Below are positions 39,769 to 52,804 of a stretch of DNA of 64,000 nt, in pieces. The notes below the pieces were generated by a model. It was given only the letters and a program-made list of their open reading frames with translations, was not told where the DNA came from and searched no databases. The stretch comes from an uncultured Trueperaceae bacterium. GTDB taxonomy: Bacteria; Deinococcota; Deinococci; Deinococcales; Trueperaceae. The DNA is taken from assembly GCA_963727505.1 (NCBI GenBank), contig CAVSGP010000002.1, positions 64,001 through 128,000 of the forward strand, given 5' to 3'. Each line of letters opens with the position of its first letter. Position 1 is the first letter of the stretch. The position numbers and the translations under genes are program-made.

Positions 39769-40761
39769 TCAGACAAGCAGCTCCACAGGGCGTCCGCAGG
39801 CGCACAGCTCGTCCTCGCGGACCATGAGCGCCTGCCCCTCGCGGTACCACAGCGTGCCGCAGTCCGGGCAGCGGATCTCCTCGCCGGAGAGTCCGCGGAT
39901 CTGCTCGGGCTCGATCCAGCGACGCTCGCCGCACCAGTGGCAGACCACCTCGGCGCCACCGTCCTCGCGGATCATGGCCTCGCGCTCGGCTGGCGTGAAG
40001 TACGCCAGCGCGTCGAGCGCCTTGCCGTCGCTGCATCGGCAGGCGAACGCGAGAGGAAGCGGCGGGTCGGTGAAGAGCTCGAAGCCCATCTGCCAGCACA
40101 GCTCCTCGTCCACGAGCTGCTGCAGCGGCGCTCTCGCCATGCCGCTGGTCAGCGCACCGAAGGCCTTGACGTTGGCCTCCAACAGATCGAGCGCGGCGTC
40201 CTCGACGCCGGGCAGCGCCTGCAGCAGCACCCCGCCGGCATGCTCGACCTTGCCCTCGGCGTCGAACGACACGCCCAGCAACACCGCGGACGCGATCTGC
40301 TCGGAAACCGCCAGGAAGGTGGCGATGTCCTCCGCCACCTCGCCGGTGGCCAGCTCCAGGTTGCTGGCGTAGGGGTCGCCATAGGGCGCGTGGGAGCGGA
40401 TCACCTCGATGTCCCCCCGGGTACCCACGGCGCCGCCTACGTCGAGTTTCCCGTCGGCGCGCGGCGGAAGCTCGACCGTCGGATCGTGTGCGTAGCCCCG
40501 CACCGTTCCGTCCAGCCCGGCGTCGGCAATGACGCCGCCAAGCGGCCCGTTGCCGCGCAGCCGCAGCGTGATGCGGTCCTGCGGGTTCTTCAACAACACA
40601 TGCGACAGCAGCAGCGCTCCGGTGAGCGTGCGGCCCAGCGCCGCCCCGGCGGTGCGGGCGGCGCCGTGTCGCTCGAGCGCTTCACGAACCAGATCGGTGG
40701 TGTCCGCGGCCACGACGCGGATGCCGCCGTTCGCCGCCATGCCTCTCAGCAGGAATGCCAT
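39769..40761 (-). CDS. hslO: Redox-regulated chaperone Hsp33
   Basis: GEVAED, SEQI, CRC...CHWC zinc motif, plus an extra CPDC...CAC tail. Confidence 0.92.
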   Translation of the reverse strand: MAFLLRGMAANGGIRVVAADTTDLVREALERHGAARTAGAALGRTLTGALLLSHVLLKNPQDRITLRLRGNGPLGGVIADAGLDGTVRGYAHDPTVELPPRADGKLDVGGAVGTRGDIEVIRSHAPYGDPYASNLELATGEVAEDIATFLAVSEQIASAVLLGVSFDAEGKVEHAGGVLLQALPGVEDAALDLLEANVKAFGALTSGMARAPLQQLVDEELCWQMGFELFTDPPLPLAFACRCSDGKALDALAYFTPAEREAMIREDGGAEVVCHWCGERRWIEPEQIRGLSGEEIRCPDCGTLWYREGQALMVREDELCACGRPVELLV

Positions 40762-40873
40762 GGTCGTCCTCTCGTGTCACCGGGTGCCGGCGACACGCCC
40801 ACGAGTATACGGAGGCGCCGCCCCGAGCCACGTCGGCCGTGACGCGCTTCCAGCCATGTAGGGGAGGCCGCGT

Positions 40874-42334
<1,461 letters not shown>

Positions 42335-42555
42335 GCGTTGAGCCTACCGCAGCCCACGCGGCGCCCGCCTGTGTCGCCCCGGACCTCGGGCCCACGCGGC
42401 ACGGGACGAACCTCCTCACGGGCGGCGGCCATAGCTGGCATGATCGGTGTGGAGCACAGGACGCGCGGTCGCCACGCGCGAACGGCCGAGGTCGGCGCGC
42501 GCGGGCCGGTGCGCGCATCGGGGCGGCGCCGAAGCGGCGAAACGAAGGAGTCGGC

Positions 42556-44010
42556 ATGAGCGAACGGACCGTGACGCTGGGCATCGACGTCGGAACGAGC
42601 GGCCTAAAGGCTGTCGCGGTCGACGACCGCGGCGAGCAGCGCCTCGAGGTCGACCGCGGCTACCCGCTCCTCACACCCAGGCCGGGCTGGACCGAGCAAC
42701 GGCCCGAGGCGTGGTGGAGAGCTGCTTGTGACGCGCTGCAAGAGCTGATCACGCGCCTCGAGGGCACCGAGGTCACGGCCGTCGGACTGACCGGTCAGAT
42801 GCACGGCATGGTGCCGCTGGACGGCGCGGGCGACGTCATCCGGCCCGCCATCTTATGGAACGACCAGCGCACCGGCGACGCCGTGAGAGAGATCGGAGAG
42901 GCCGTCGACCGCGCCACGCTCATCCGCCGCGGCGGCAACCCCGCGATCACCGGCTTCCAGCTCGCCAAGGTGGTGTGGTTGCGCCGCGCCGAGCCGGAGG
43001 CCTATGCGCGCCTCCGAACGGTGCTGTTCCCGAAGGACTACCTCGACCTGCGCCTGACGGGCCGTGCGGTGGCGGAGCCCAGCGACGCGTCCGGGTCCAA
43101 CGCCTTCGACCTGACCCGCGGCGTCTGGGACGAGGAGTTGCTGGGCGCACTCGGCATCGACCCCGGCCTCTATCCCGAGGTGGTCGCGTCCGACGCCGTG
43201 GTGGGCGCCGTCACGCCCGAGGCCGCCGCCCTCACGGGCCTGCGCGCGGGCGTGCCAGTGGTCGCCGGCGCGGGCGACAACGCCGCCGCAGCCACAGGCC
43301 TGGGCCTGTCCAGCGCGGACATGGGCCTCGGCAGCGTGTCCCTGGGCACCTCCGGCGTGCTGTTCGCGCCGCTCAGCGAACCCACCCCCGACCCGCGCGG
43401 CCGCGTCCACCTTTTCGCGCACGCCGACGGCGGCTACTACCTGCTGGGGGTCACGCTGGCCGCCGCCGGCTCGCTGCAGTGGGTGCACGACACCCTCTTC
43501 CCGGAGCTGACCTTCGAGGAGCTCTCGAGCCTGGCGGAAACGAGCCCGGCCGGGGCGAACGGCGCGACCTTCCAGCCCTACCTGGCAGGCGAGCGCACCC
43601 CCTACATGGACCCGACGCTGCGCGGCGCCTGGCGCGGCCTGACGCTGGCGACGGGCCGCGCCGACCTGGTGAGGGCAGTGCTCGAGGGCGTGACGTTCAG
43701 CCAACGCGACGCTTTGGAGGTGATGCGCCCGCTGGCCGGACTCGGCCGTGTGCTGGCGACCGGTGGCGGGAGTCGCTCGCCGTTCTGGTTGCAGCTCCTG
43801 GCCGACGCACTCGAGTTGCCGTTGACCCAGCTCGCCGGCGCTCCCGGCGCCGCTTACGGCGCGGCGTTGCTGGCGCGGCGCGGCACCGGCGGCGACATCA
43901 CGCCGCGGCTCGAGGCGGTGGCGCCGTTCGAGCCCGCACCGAACGCGGGATTGCGTGAAGCCTACGAACGCTACCGGGCGTGGTCGCCCGGACCGCTCGT
44001 CGAACCCTGA
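42556..44010 (+). CDS. xylB: Xylulokinase (FGGY family)
   Basis: GIDVGTSGLK, GQMHG, ILWNDQR, GDNAAAA, GERTP. Confidence 0.88.
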   Translation: MSERTVTLGIDVGTSGLKAVAVDDRGEQRLEVDRGYPLLTPRPGWTEQRPEAWWRAACDALQELITRLEGTEVTAVGLTGQMHGMVPLDGAGDVIRPAILWNDQRTGDAVREIGEAVDRATLIRRGGNPAITGFQLAKVVWLRRAEPEAYARLRTVLFPKDYLDLRLTGRAVAEPSDASGSNAFDLTRGVWDEELLGALGIDPGLYPEVVASDAVVGAVTPEAAALTGLRAGVPVVAGAGDNAAAATGLGLSSADMGLGSVSLGTSGVLFAPLSEPTPDPRGRVHLFAHADGGYYLLGVTLAAAGSLQWVHDTLFPELTFEELSSLAETSPAGANGATFQPYLAGERTPYMDPTLRGAWRGLTLATGRADLVRAVLEGVTFSQRDALEVMRPLAGLGRVLATGGGSRSPFWLQLLADALELPLTQLAGAPGAAYGAALLARRGTGGDITPRLEAVAPFEPAPNAGLREAYERYRAWSPGPLVEP

Positions 44011-44951
44011 GGACGGGCCGGCGCGAAACGGCGGGCGAGTGCGAGCACGACGCCTTCCAACGCCCATTCCGGGTCGCCACCGCTCTTGGCGCGCCCGTCA
44101 GCGTCGAGGAGCAGGTGCAGCGCTTCGCGCAGACTCGTCTCGTCGAAATGCTCGGCGATGGCGAGCGCACGGCGCGCCGCGGCGGGGTGGCCGCCGAGGG
44201 CCGCGGCGGCGCGGCGAGCATCCACCTCGGGCTCGGCGGCGCGCTGCGCCACCGCCCGGGCGACCAGCCCGAATTGCCACGTCAGCGCTCCGAACACTCG
44301 CTGCGGGGCCTCGCCGCGCTCGAGCAAGGTGCGCGCCACCGACAGCGCGCCGGCGGCGTCCCCGGCCACCACCCGTTCGATCAGGTCGAAGGCGTTGCGC
44401 GCCGCGGGCCTGTTGGCCAGCTCGCGCACACGACCGGCGTCGACCTCCTCGTCGAGCACCGCCAGCTTGGTGATCTCCGAGGCGATGGCGGCCGGATCCT
44501 CGCCGAACAGGTCCGCCAGCGCCTGGGGGACGTCGCGCGAGAAGCGCACGCCGGCGTCCTTCAGCTCCGACGCGACCCAGCGCGGAAGCCGTTCGTAACG
44601 CGGCGCGGGTCGGTGGTCGAGCGTCCCGAGCACGCGGTAGCGCTTCTGCCTTGCGGGGGTCGCGGCGCTGTCGAGCACGACCACGAGCGCCCCCTCGTCG
44701 AGGCCTTCGAGGGCCGCCATGGCCTCGTTACGCGGTTGTACGCCGGCCTGACCGCGGAAGGCCTCGTCGAAGTCGAGGAACAGCGCGACCTGGCCGAAGA
44801 GCCCACCCTGGGAGGAAGCACGCTTCACTTCCGCGGGGTCGAGCCCCTCCCCGAAGGACACGATCTCGCCTGCGCTCACGCCGCGCTCGGCGAGGGCAGA
44901 GCGCGCGGCCCGGCGCGCCAGGAAGGGATCTCCGCTGAAGGTCAGGATCAC
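43971..44951 (-). CDS. holA: DNA polymerase III delta subunit
   Basis: FSGDPFLA, GGLFG, SEITKL, FDL...D...KSG; lies downstream of comEC as is usual for holA. Confidence 0.82.
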   Translation of the reverse strand: MILTFSGDPFLARRAARSALAERGVSAGEIVSFGEGLDPAEVKRASSQGGLFGQVALFLDFDEAFRGQAGVQPRNEAMAALEGLDEGALVVVLDSAATPARQKRYRVLGTLDHRPAPRYERLPRWVASELKDAGVRFSRDVPQALADLFGEDPAAIASEITKLAVLDEEVDAGRVRELANRPAARNAFDLIERVVAGDAAGALSVARTLLERGEAPQRVFGALTWQFGLVARAVAQRAAEPEVDARRAAAALGGHPAAARRALAIAEHFDETSLREALHLLLDADGRAKSGGDPEWALEGVVLALARRFAPARPQGSTSGPGDHAR

Positions 44952-44964
44952 GGGCGGTGGGCGT

Positions 44965-45714
44965 TCAGGCGTGGCTGGGGACCAGGCTCAGCGCGTCCAG
45001 CATGGCGCGCGCGCTCCCGAAGCGCTCGTCGGGGTCGCGACTCAGCCCGCGGTGCACGACGTCCTCGAGGCCCTGCGCCCGGTCGGGCAAGGCATCGAGC
45101 GGCACGCGGTCGTCTCCGGCCAGGAAGCGCAACACCTGCCGCCCGTAGGGCGGGGCGCCGCTCAGCATGTGGTAGAGGACGGCAGCCGTGGCGTAGAGAT
45201 CGGAGCGGGGATCGGTGCGCACCCCCTGGAACTGCTCCGGCGCCATGTAGTTCGGGGTTCCGAGGGCCATGTGCTGGCCCGTGATGGCGGTGAGCGCCAG
45301 GTCCTTGGCGAAGCCGAAGTCGGTCAGAAGCGCGCGCTCCCCCTTGATGAGGATGTTACCCGGCTTGACGTCGAGGTGGATGATGCCCTCGCCGTGGGCG
45401 TAGTCCAGCGCCGCCAGAACGTCCCGCGCGATCTTGAGACTGCGGCGGACCGGTAGCGGACCGCGCTCCAGTGCTTCGGCCAGGCTCACGCCCGGGCAGT
45501 AGGCATAGACCAGAGCGCCGTCCTCGGCGCCGAGGAGGGACACGATGTTGTCGTGTTGTAGCCTTCCGACGACCTCTGCTTCGCGCCGAAGGCGCTCCCC
45601 AAGCACAGGGTTGCTGCCCCGCAGGCGCTTCACGACCACGAGCCGGTCCCGCCAGCGGGCGAGCTCGACCTTGATCGGGCCCTGCTCGGCCAGCACGCGA
45701 ACGGTCGTGAGCAT
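44965..45714 (-). CDS. Stand-alone Hanks-type Ser/Thr kinase domain
   Basis: VVVK, REAE, HLDVKPGN, DFG, GTPNYMAPE, SDLY; leaderless TAGATT 7 nt upstream. Confidence 0.9.
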   Translation of the reverse strand: MLTTVRVLAEQGPIKVELARWRDRLVVVKRLRGSNPVLGERLRREAEVVGRLQHDNIVSLLGAEDGALVYAYCPGVSLAEALERGPLPVRRSLKIARDVLAALDYAHGEGIIHLDVKPGNILIKGERALLTDFGFAKDLALTAITGQHMALGTPNYMAPEQFQGVRTDPRSDLYATAAVLYHMLSGAPPYGRQVLRFLAGDDRVPLDALPDRAQGLEDVVHRGLSRDPDERFGSARAMLDALSLVPSHA

Positions 45715-45884
45715 TGTGAACAATCTATCACACGCGCCGGAAACCGTCCTGGACTGCGCCCCTGCTCGTGCCATCGAAGCCCCCCGTTTCCTTCACGGTG
45801 CAGCAAAACCGTCCCCAACGGTGATTATCCAAGGTCCCTCTACAAATAAGCTACCAGACGCGAACCCGGGGAATGTGACGGGCA

Positions 45885-48149
45885 TCACCGCCGCGTCTCC
45901 TCCTGGACGGTGCCGGTGATGCCCCTCGGGCCGCTCGGGGACAGCGGCAGGCGCAACGCGCCCCTCCGCTGCGTGCTGAGAACGTGTACGCCTCGAGCCG
46001 CAAGCCGCGCCAGCACGCCGGGGTCGGGGTGCCCGTAGCGGTTCTCGCCCACCGACACGACCGCGAACCGTGGATGGGAGGCTCGAAGCAGCGCCTCGGA
46101 GGTGCTGAAGCGCGAGCCGTGGTGCGCCACCTTGAGCACCGGCACGTGCGGCACCGCCAGCTTGCGCTCGACCGAGGCCGGGGCGTCCCCGAGCATGAGC
46201 ACCTGCGGGGCACCGCCGAGGCGAACCACCAGCACGATCGAGTTCTCGTTGGTGGTGGGCTGCGGGCGCGCGCCGGGGTGAAGCACGTCGATCTCGGCCT
46301 CGTTGACGCCGCTTCCCAGGATCCAGCGCTCCCCGCGTACCGCACGGTGCACCGGGATCCCCCGCGCCCGCGCGATCCCGCGCAGACGCCGGTCGATGGC
46401 AGCGTCGGGCCAGGCCGGCCCCATCACCAGGGTGCCGACCGGGAGCGCCTGGAGCACCGTCGCCAGCCCCTCGACGTGATCGAGATCAGGGTGGGTGGCG
46501 ACCACCACATCGAGCGCGTGCACGCCCAGGGCGCGCAACGCCGGCAGCACCACATCCGCCCCGATGTCGCGCTCCGAGAACGGGGTGCCGCCGCCGTCGA
46601 CGAGCACCTCCATGCGGCCGGGAAGGCGCACCAGGGTGGCATCGCCTTGCCCCACGTCCAGGAACACCACCTCGGGCGGCGCGTGGGCCGGGGGCACGGC
46701 CGCGCTGACCGTGCCCGCACACAGCGCCACCAGCAGCGCACGCCAGGGACGCAGGAACCCGTGCAGGGCGAGAACGCCGCCGGCGAGCGCCACGGCGTAG
46801 CAGCCGTGGCCCAGCGCCTCGACCTCGCCCCAGGCCAGGTGCGGCAGCCGCGCACCGAACGTGGCGACGCCAAGCAGCAACGACGCCAGCGGACCGACGA
46901 GGTGGTTCACGAGCCCTGCGGCGCCGGGCGCCGCCACGCCCACGGTGGCGGCCAGGAACCCGAGCGGCACCAGAACCCCCGCCAGCGGTACCGCCACGAG
47001 GTTCACCAGCGGCGACGCCAGCGGCACCCGGCCGAAGCTGCCAGCCACCAGGGAGAGGCTGGGCAGCTGCGCCGCGGTGCTCACCAGGAGTGCTGCGACG
47101 AGCCCCCGGCGCACGCGGGACGCGTGGGACGGCTGCCGCGGATCAGGGCCAAGCGCCAGACGCAGGAGTGGGGGAGCGAACAGCAACATGCCGGCCACGG
47201 CGAGGTAGGAGAGCTGGAACGAGGCGTCGGCGAGCTGCGCCGGTGCCAGCAGTAGCGAGACGGTGGCCGCCAACGCCAGCGACGGCCACGCCTGGATGCG
47301 CCCGTATCCCGCCGCCAGACCGGCCAGGCCCGCCAGCACCATGAGGGCGGCGCGCACGACGCTCGGGGTGGGCCCTACCAGCGCCACGTAGGCGATGGTG
47401 GCGACGGCGAGCACCGGGTAGCGCCGGCGCCCCAGCCCGACCAGGGCGCGGCCCAGGGCAGCTACCAGCACCCCCACGTGCAGGCCGGAGAGTGCCAGGA
47501 CGTGCGCCAGCCCGGCAGCTGCGAAGCGGCCTCGCAGATCGCCCAGGTCGTCGCGCACGCCCAGCGTCATGGCCTCCATCAGCGCCGCCTGGTCCGGGCC
47601 CAGCCCACGCGTGGCGCCGTGCCGGAAGCGCTCGAGGAGCGGTGTGGAGGGCGCCGCGGCGACCACCTGGCGGACCAGGAGCTGCCCCTCGATGCCACGC
47701 CGTGCAAGGTAACCGCGGTAGTCGAAGCCGCCCGGGTTGCGTCGGACCCGTGCCCGCACCACCCGTCCCCGCACCGTCACGCGCCCGGCCGGCACGAGCC
47801 CAGCCGGGGCCAGCGCCAGCCGCAGGCCGCGGGGAGACGCCAGCCGCAGCACGCGGCCGTCGCTGTACCCGCGGTAGACCGCCACCTCGCCCAGGAGCGG
47901 CGCCACCCGATCGGGCCGCATCTGCCACGCCCACAACCGCAGGCCCCCGGCGAGGACGCCCACGGCGATCAGCAGCAACCAACCGCTACCGGGGCCACGA
48001 CGGACGATGGCCCCCGCCAACCCCGCGGCGCCGAAGGCGAGCGCGAGCAGCGGGGCCACGGACGCCAGCGCTACCCCGCCGACGACGCCGGCGGCGAGCG
48101 GCAGCGCCCACGGCGCGAAACGGGGCCCGCTCGATGCCGCCGCCACCAT
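45885..48149 (-). CDS. comEC: DNA uptake channel ComEC/Rec2
   Basis: [50 protein letters not shown]. Confidence 0.95.
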   Translation of the reverse strand: MVAAASSGPRFAPWALPLAAGVVGGVALASVAPLLALAFGAAGLAGAIVRRGPGSGWLLLIAVGVLAGGLRLWAWQMRPDRVAPLLGEVAVYRGYSDGRVLRLASPRGLRLALAPAGLVPAGRVTVRGRVVRARVRRNPGGFDYRGYLARRGIEGQLLVRQVVAAAPSTPLLERFRHGATRGLGPDQAALMEAMTLGVRDDLGDLRGRFAAAGLAHVLALSGLHVGVLVAALGRALVGLGRRRYPVLAVATIAYVALVGPTPSVVRAALMVLAGLAGLAAGYGRIQAWPSLALAATVSLLLAPAQLADASFQLSYLAVAGMLLFAPPLLRLALGPDPRQPSHASRVRRGLVAALLVSTAAQLPSLSLVAGSFGRVPLASPLVNLVAVPLAGVLVPLGFLAATVGVAAPGAAGLVNHLVGPLASLLLGVATFGARLPHLAWGEVEALGHGCYAVALAGGVLALHGFLRPWRALLVALCAGTVSAAVPPAHAPPEVVFLDVGQGDATLVRLPGRMEVLVDGGGTPFSERDIGADVVLPALRALGVHALDVVVATHPDLDHVEGLATVLQALPVGTLVMGPAWPDAAIDRRLRGIARARGIPVHRAVRGERWILGSGVNEAEIDVLHPGARPQPTTNENSIVLVVRLGGAPQVLMLGDAPASVERKLAVPHVPVLKVAHHGSRFSTSEALLRASHPRFAVVSVGENRYGHPDPGVLARLAARGVHVLSTQRRGALRLPLSPSGPRGITGTVQEETRR

Positions 48150-48646
48150 CACAGCCGCACCCGCGGCCGGAGCGCGGCCAGCGTCTTGGGACCGATGCCG
48201 GGCACCCTCAACAGGTCGTCCACGGTGGCGAAGGGACGTGCCTCCACGATGCGCCGCGCCAGCGCCGGCCCGATGCCGGGCAGTCGGGTGAGCACCTCCA
48301 CGCCGGCCTCGTTGAGGCGCACCCGCGGGTCGCCGCCCTCGGCGCGCTCTCGCGGTACCTGCACGACCTCGCCGTCGGTCAGCGGATCGGCCAGCGCGAC
48401 CAGCTCGCGCGCCGCGCCGGGCAGCAGCCCTCCGGCGGCGCCGACCAGGTCGGCCACACGCGCGCCCCACGGAAGCCCGTAGGCGCCTGGGCTCTTCACG
48501 GCCCCCTCGACGGAGACGGTGATGTCGGGCCGCTCGACGCGCAGGGGCGCGGGCCGCTCCGTCAGGCGCGGAAGCACGGTGCCCGCCGCCAGGATCGTGC
48601 AGGCGGCGAGCAGCGCCACGGTGAGGATGGTCTCGCCGACGCGCAT
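48149..48646 (-). CDS. comEA: Competence DNA-binding protein ComEA
   Basis: N-terminal TM, SLBB (GAVKSPG), HhH motifs LPGIGP and VPGIGP. Confidence 0.92.
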   Translation of the reverse strand: MRVGETILTVALLAACTILAAGTVLPRLTERPAPLRVERPDITVSVEGAVKSPGAYGLPWGARVADLVGAAGGLLPGAARELVALADPLTDGEVVQVPRERAEGGDPRVRLNEAGVEVLTRLPGIGPALARRIVEARPFATVDDLLRVPGIGPKTLAALRPRVRL

Positions 48647-48721
48647 GGCTCAGGCTAGGCGCAACGGGCGCGCCACGCGCCGGCGTGCCGGCCGGCTGCC
48701 CAGCGCCCCTCGGCATGAGAA

Positions 48722-48749
48722 GGGCCGGAGCGCCGCTGCGCTCCGGCCC
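48722..48749 (-). terminator. Terminator after sodA
   Basis: GGGCCGGAGCGC-4nt-GCGCTCCGGCCC, followed by TTCTC on the minus strand. Confidence 0.65.
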
Positions 48750-48799
48750 CACCGGACCCGGATCCGCCGCCCGAATGGCGGCGTCAACTCAACGTCGGG

Positions 48800-49411
<612 letters not shown>

Positions 49412-49535
49412 GCTTCTCCTCCCGTGCATGCGTGGGAATGTCGGGGCGAACCGGATGTGCCTCCGGATTGGGTTGAGTCTAGCAGTTGTGTGTCAGACCG
49501 CGTTTTCCGAGCCAACATTGGAGCGCTCGCGCGCC

Positions 49536-50057
<522 letters not shown>

Positions 50058-50118
50058 GGCGACCTCCCTCGAACGAGCTCAGCCCATCGCCCTGCCACAA
50101 CCCTTGGAAGCGCCGCGT

Positions 50119-51138
50119 TCAGTCGACGAGGCGCACCACGACGCGGCCCACGGTGGCGCCGACGAGGATGTCCTCGATGGCGGCCTCGAGCCCGTCGAGC
50201 GTCACTTCGGTGACCAGTCCCGGCACGTCCACCAGGCCTTCCAGACGCCATGCGCCGGCGAGCCGCCCCCACATCGCCAGCCGCTGCTCCATGGCGTAGT
50301 GCTGCGAGTCGATCCCGAGCAGCGCCACACCGCGCAGGATGAACGGGAACACGCTAACGTTCAGGTCCGCCCCGCCCACCATGCCGCAGGCGGCCACGGC
50401 GCCGCCGATGGCGGTCCGCTTGAGCAGTCCCGCGAGCGTGTTGCCGCCGACGGTGTCGATGCCGCCTCCGTACAGCCCCTTGAGCATGGGTCGCGCGGTG
50501 GGGGCCGCGAGCGCGTCGCGCTCCAACACCTCTTCGGCTCCGAGATGCTCGAGCATCGCATGGGCCCGCTGCGTGCCGGTGCTGGCGACCACGCGATAGC
50601 CCGCCTTCGCCAGCAGCGCCACCGCCAGCGTCCCCACGCCGCCGGATGCGCCGGTCACCACGAAGGGCCCGCGTTCGGGTGTGGCGCCCACGCGCTGCAG
50701 CAGCTCGAGCCCGATGGCCGCCGTCAGGCCGGCGGTCCCCAGCACCATGGCGTCCCGCTCGTCGAGACCGTCGGGAAGCGGGACCAGCCAGTCGCCGGGC
50801 ACCCGGATCAGCTCGCCGAACCCGCCCGGCGTGCCCATCCCCAGGTCGAAGCCGGTGCACAGCACGCGGTCGCCCGGCGCGAAGCGCGGATCGCGCGACG
50901 CCAGCACGGTCCCGGCCGCGTCGATGCCGGGCGTGTGCGGGTAGGTGCGCGTCACACCACGGTCGCCGCTGGCCGACAGGGCGTCCTTGTAGTTGAGCGC
51001 GGAGTACGCCACCCGCACGGTGACGGGGTGGTCGGGCAGGATGTCGGTGGCGACCCGCGCCACGGAGCGGTGGGCCCGTTCGCCCTCCAGCTCGACACGC
51101 AGCGCGCGGAAGGTGGCGGGCACGTCGATGGCGGCCAT
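50119..51138 (-). CDS. YhdH/AcuI-family NADPH oxidoreductase (MDR)
   Basis: LNYKDAL, GTAGLTA, TGASGGVG, VFPFILRGV..LGIDS. Confidence 0.9.
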   Translation of the reverse strand: MAAIDVPATFRALRVELEGERAHRSVARVATDILPDHPVTVRVAYSALNYKDALSASGDRGVTRTYPHTPGIDAAGTVLASRDPRFAPGDRVLCTGFDLGMGTPGGFGELIRVPGDWLVPLPDGLDERDAMVLGTAGLTAAIGLELLQRVGATPERGPFVVTGASGGVGTLAVALLAKAGYRVVASTGTQRAHAMLEHLGAEEVLERDALAAPTARPMLKGLYGGGIDTVGGNTLAGLLKRTAIGGAVAACGMVGGADLNVSVFPFILRGVALLGIDSQHYAMEQRLAMWGRLAGAWRLEGLVDVPGLVTEVTLDGLEAAIEDILVGATVGRVVVRLVD

Positions 51139-51234
51139 GGGCCCATGCTACCGCGTCCGCCGGGCCGCTCCGGATAGCGTGAGGGTCACGCCGAACGGGA
51201 CGCTTCTCACGCCGCCTCCTGTAGACTGCGGACC

Positions 51235-51909
51235 ATGAACCCGAGAAGGTTGACGCTCGTGACCGTCATCGTCGCGATCGTGGTGCTGGCGGCGGTGGTG
51301 GTCGTGCCGCGTCTCACCTCGAGCGGCACCCAGTCGACATCCTCCACCTCGAGCAGCTCGAGCGCGACCCTGACGTACGAAGGGCAGCCCTCCATCGGCG
51401 ACGCCAACGCACCGGTGACGATCGCGCTGTTCGAGGACTTCCTGTGCCCCCACTGCGCCGAGTTCAGCGACCAGGTGTGGCCGCAGATCAAGCGCGCCTA
51501 CATCGACACCGGCAAGGCCAGGGCCGTCTACTTCTACTTCCCCGTCATCGACCAGGTGCAATCGCGCGTCATCGGCGGGCTGGGCCAGTGCGTCTACCTG
51601 CAGAGCAACGACGACTTCTGGAATCTCGAGCAGATCCTGATGCGCACGCAGCAGCAGCTCATGAACACCGCCCGGGCCATCGACATCGCCACGCAGTACG
51701 CTCCCGACCTGAACCGACAGCAGCTCCAGACGTGCGTCGACGACGGCACCGGGGCGAAGGTGGTCGACAAGGACAATGCTCTGGGGCGCGGGCTGGGCGT
51801 CCAGGGAACGCCGACCGTGTTCGTCAACGGCAAGATGACCGCAAACGCGGGCTGGGATTCGGTCAAGAAGGCCATCGACGACGCCCTCGCGTCGTCGTCC
51901 GGCAGCTGA
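51235..51909 (+). CDS. DsbA/BdbD-like thiol-disulfide oxidoreductase
   Basis: N-terminal TM, CPHC, GTPT cis-Pro. Confidence 0.9.
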   Translation: MNPRRLTLVTVIVAIVVLAAVVVVPRLTSSGTQSTSSTSSSSSATLTYEGQPSIGDANAPVTIALFEDFLCPHCAEFSDQVWPQIKRAYIDTGKARAVYFYFPVIDQVQSRVIGGLGQCVYLQSNDDFWNLEQILMRTQQQLMNTARAIDIATQYAPDLNRQQLQTCVDDGTGAKVVDKDNALGRGLGVQGTPTVFVNGKMTANAGWDSVKKAIDDALASSSGS

Positions 51910-52319
51910 TGCGCAGAGGCTCCAACCTCTACCTTGCATGGCTGGTGGCGCTCACCGCCACCCTGGGGAGCCTCTACTTCTCCGAGGTACGCCACTTCGT
52001 GCCCTGCACCCTGTGCTGGTACCAGCGCATCCTGATGTACCCGCTGGCGATCGTGCTGGGCATCGCCAGCTATCGGCAGGACGGCGCCGTGCGCGGCTAC
52101 GTCCTGCCGCTGTCGGTGCTCGGCATGGGCTTCGCCACCTACCACGTGCTCGAACAGAACGTCCCCGGTTTCGGCGCGCCGGCGCTGTGCCGCGCGGGCA
52201 TCCCCTGCAGCCTCCACTACATCCACTGGCTCGGCTTCATCACCATCCCGGTGCTGTCGCTGACGGCGTTCACCCTGATCACGGTGCTGCTCGCAACCAT
52301 GCGCGGCCGGCGGGCGTGA
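51909..52319 (+). CDS. bdbC: Disulfide bond formation protein B (BdbC type)
   Basis: [21 protein letters not shown], second Cys pair; TGATG coupling. Confidence 0.9.
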   Translation: MRRGSNLYLAWLVALTATLGSLYFSEVRHFVPCTLCWYQRILMYPLAIVLGIASYRQDGAVRGYVLPLSVLGMGFATYHVLEQNVPGFGAPALCRAGIPCSLHYIHWLGFITIPVLSLTAFTLITVLLATMRGRRA

Positions 52320-52786
52320 GCAACTACCGGCGCGCGCTGGCGTTCCACCTGCGCATCGGCGACCGGCCCCCGCGGGAACCACACGTCCCGGACGCCGACA
52401 CGCTGGCCCTGCGCCTCCGGTTGCTGCGCGAAGAGGGCCGGGAAGCCCAGCAAGCGCTCGGCGCGCTCGCGGCCCTGGCAGACACGCCGCGCACCGGTGC
52501 GCCGTCCGAAGAGGACGCGGACGCGCGCGCGGCCGCCGAGGCAGCCGCCGCCCACGAGCTGGCAGACCTCCTCTACGTCGCCTATGGCACCTTCGTGGCG
52601 CTGGGTATCGACGCCGACGAGGTCTTCGCGGAAGTGCACGAGGCCAACCTGCGCAAGATCGGCGCCCCGCGTCGCGCCGACGGCAAGCAGCTCAAGCCGG
52701 ACGGCTGGCGGCCGGCCGATGTCCCCGGCGTACTCGCGCGCCAACGCTCCGATGCCCGCCAGGGGCGCGCGATGGACGAGCTGTAG
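52316..52786 (+). CDS. MazG-like (PRA-PH-like/DR2231-type) nucleotide pyrophosphohydrolase
   Basis: LLREE, HELADLLYVAYG, EVHEANLRK, DGKQLKP.GW. Confidence 0.82.
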   Translation: MSNYRRALAFHLRIGDRPPREPHVPDADTLALRLRLLREEGREAQQALGALAALADTPRTGAPSEEDADARAAAEAAAAHELADLLYVAYGTFVALGIDADEVFAEVHEANLRKIGAPRRADGKQLKPDGWRPADVPGVLARQRSDARQGRAMDEL

Positions 52787-52804
52787 AGAACGCGGGTCGA
52801 TCGC

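Noticed and set aside
43971..44010. 40-bp convergent overlap of xylB and holA
   Set aside because: Low-complexity C-terminal tails in a GC-rich genome where stop codons are scarce; nothing suggests function.
45733..45884. Possible ncRNA between comEC and the kinase
   Set aside because: An AT-rich promoter-like patch is present, but I could not build a convincing structure or terminator.
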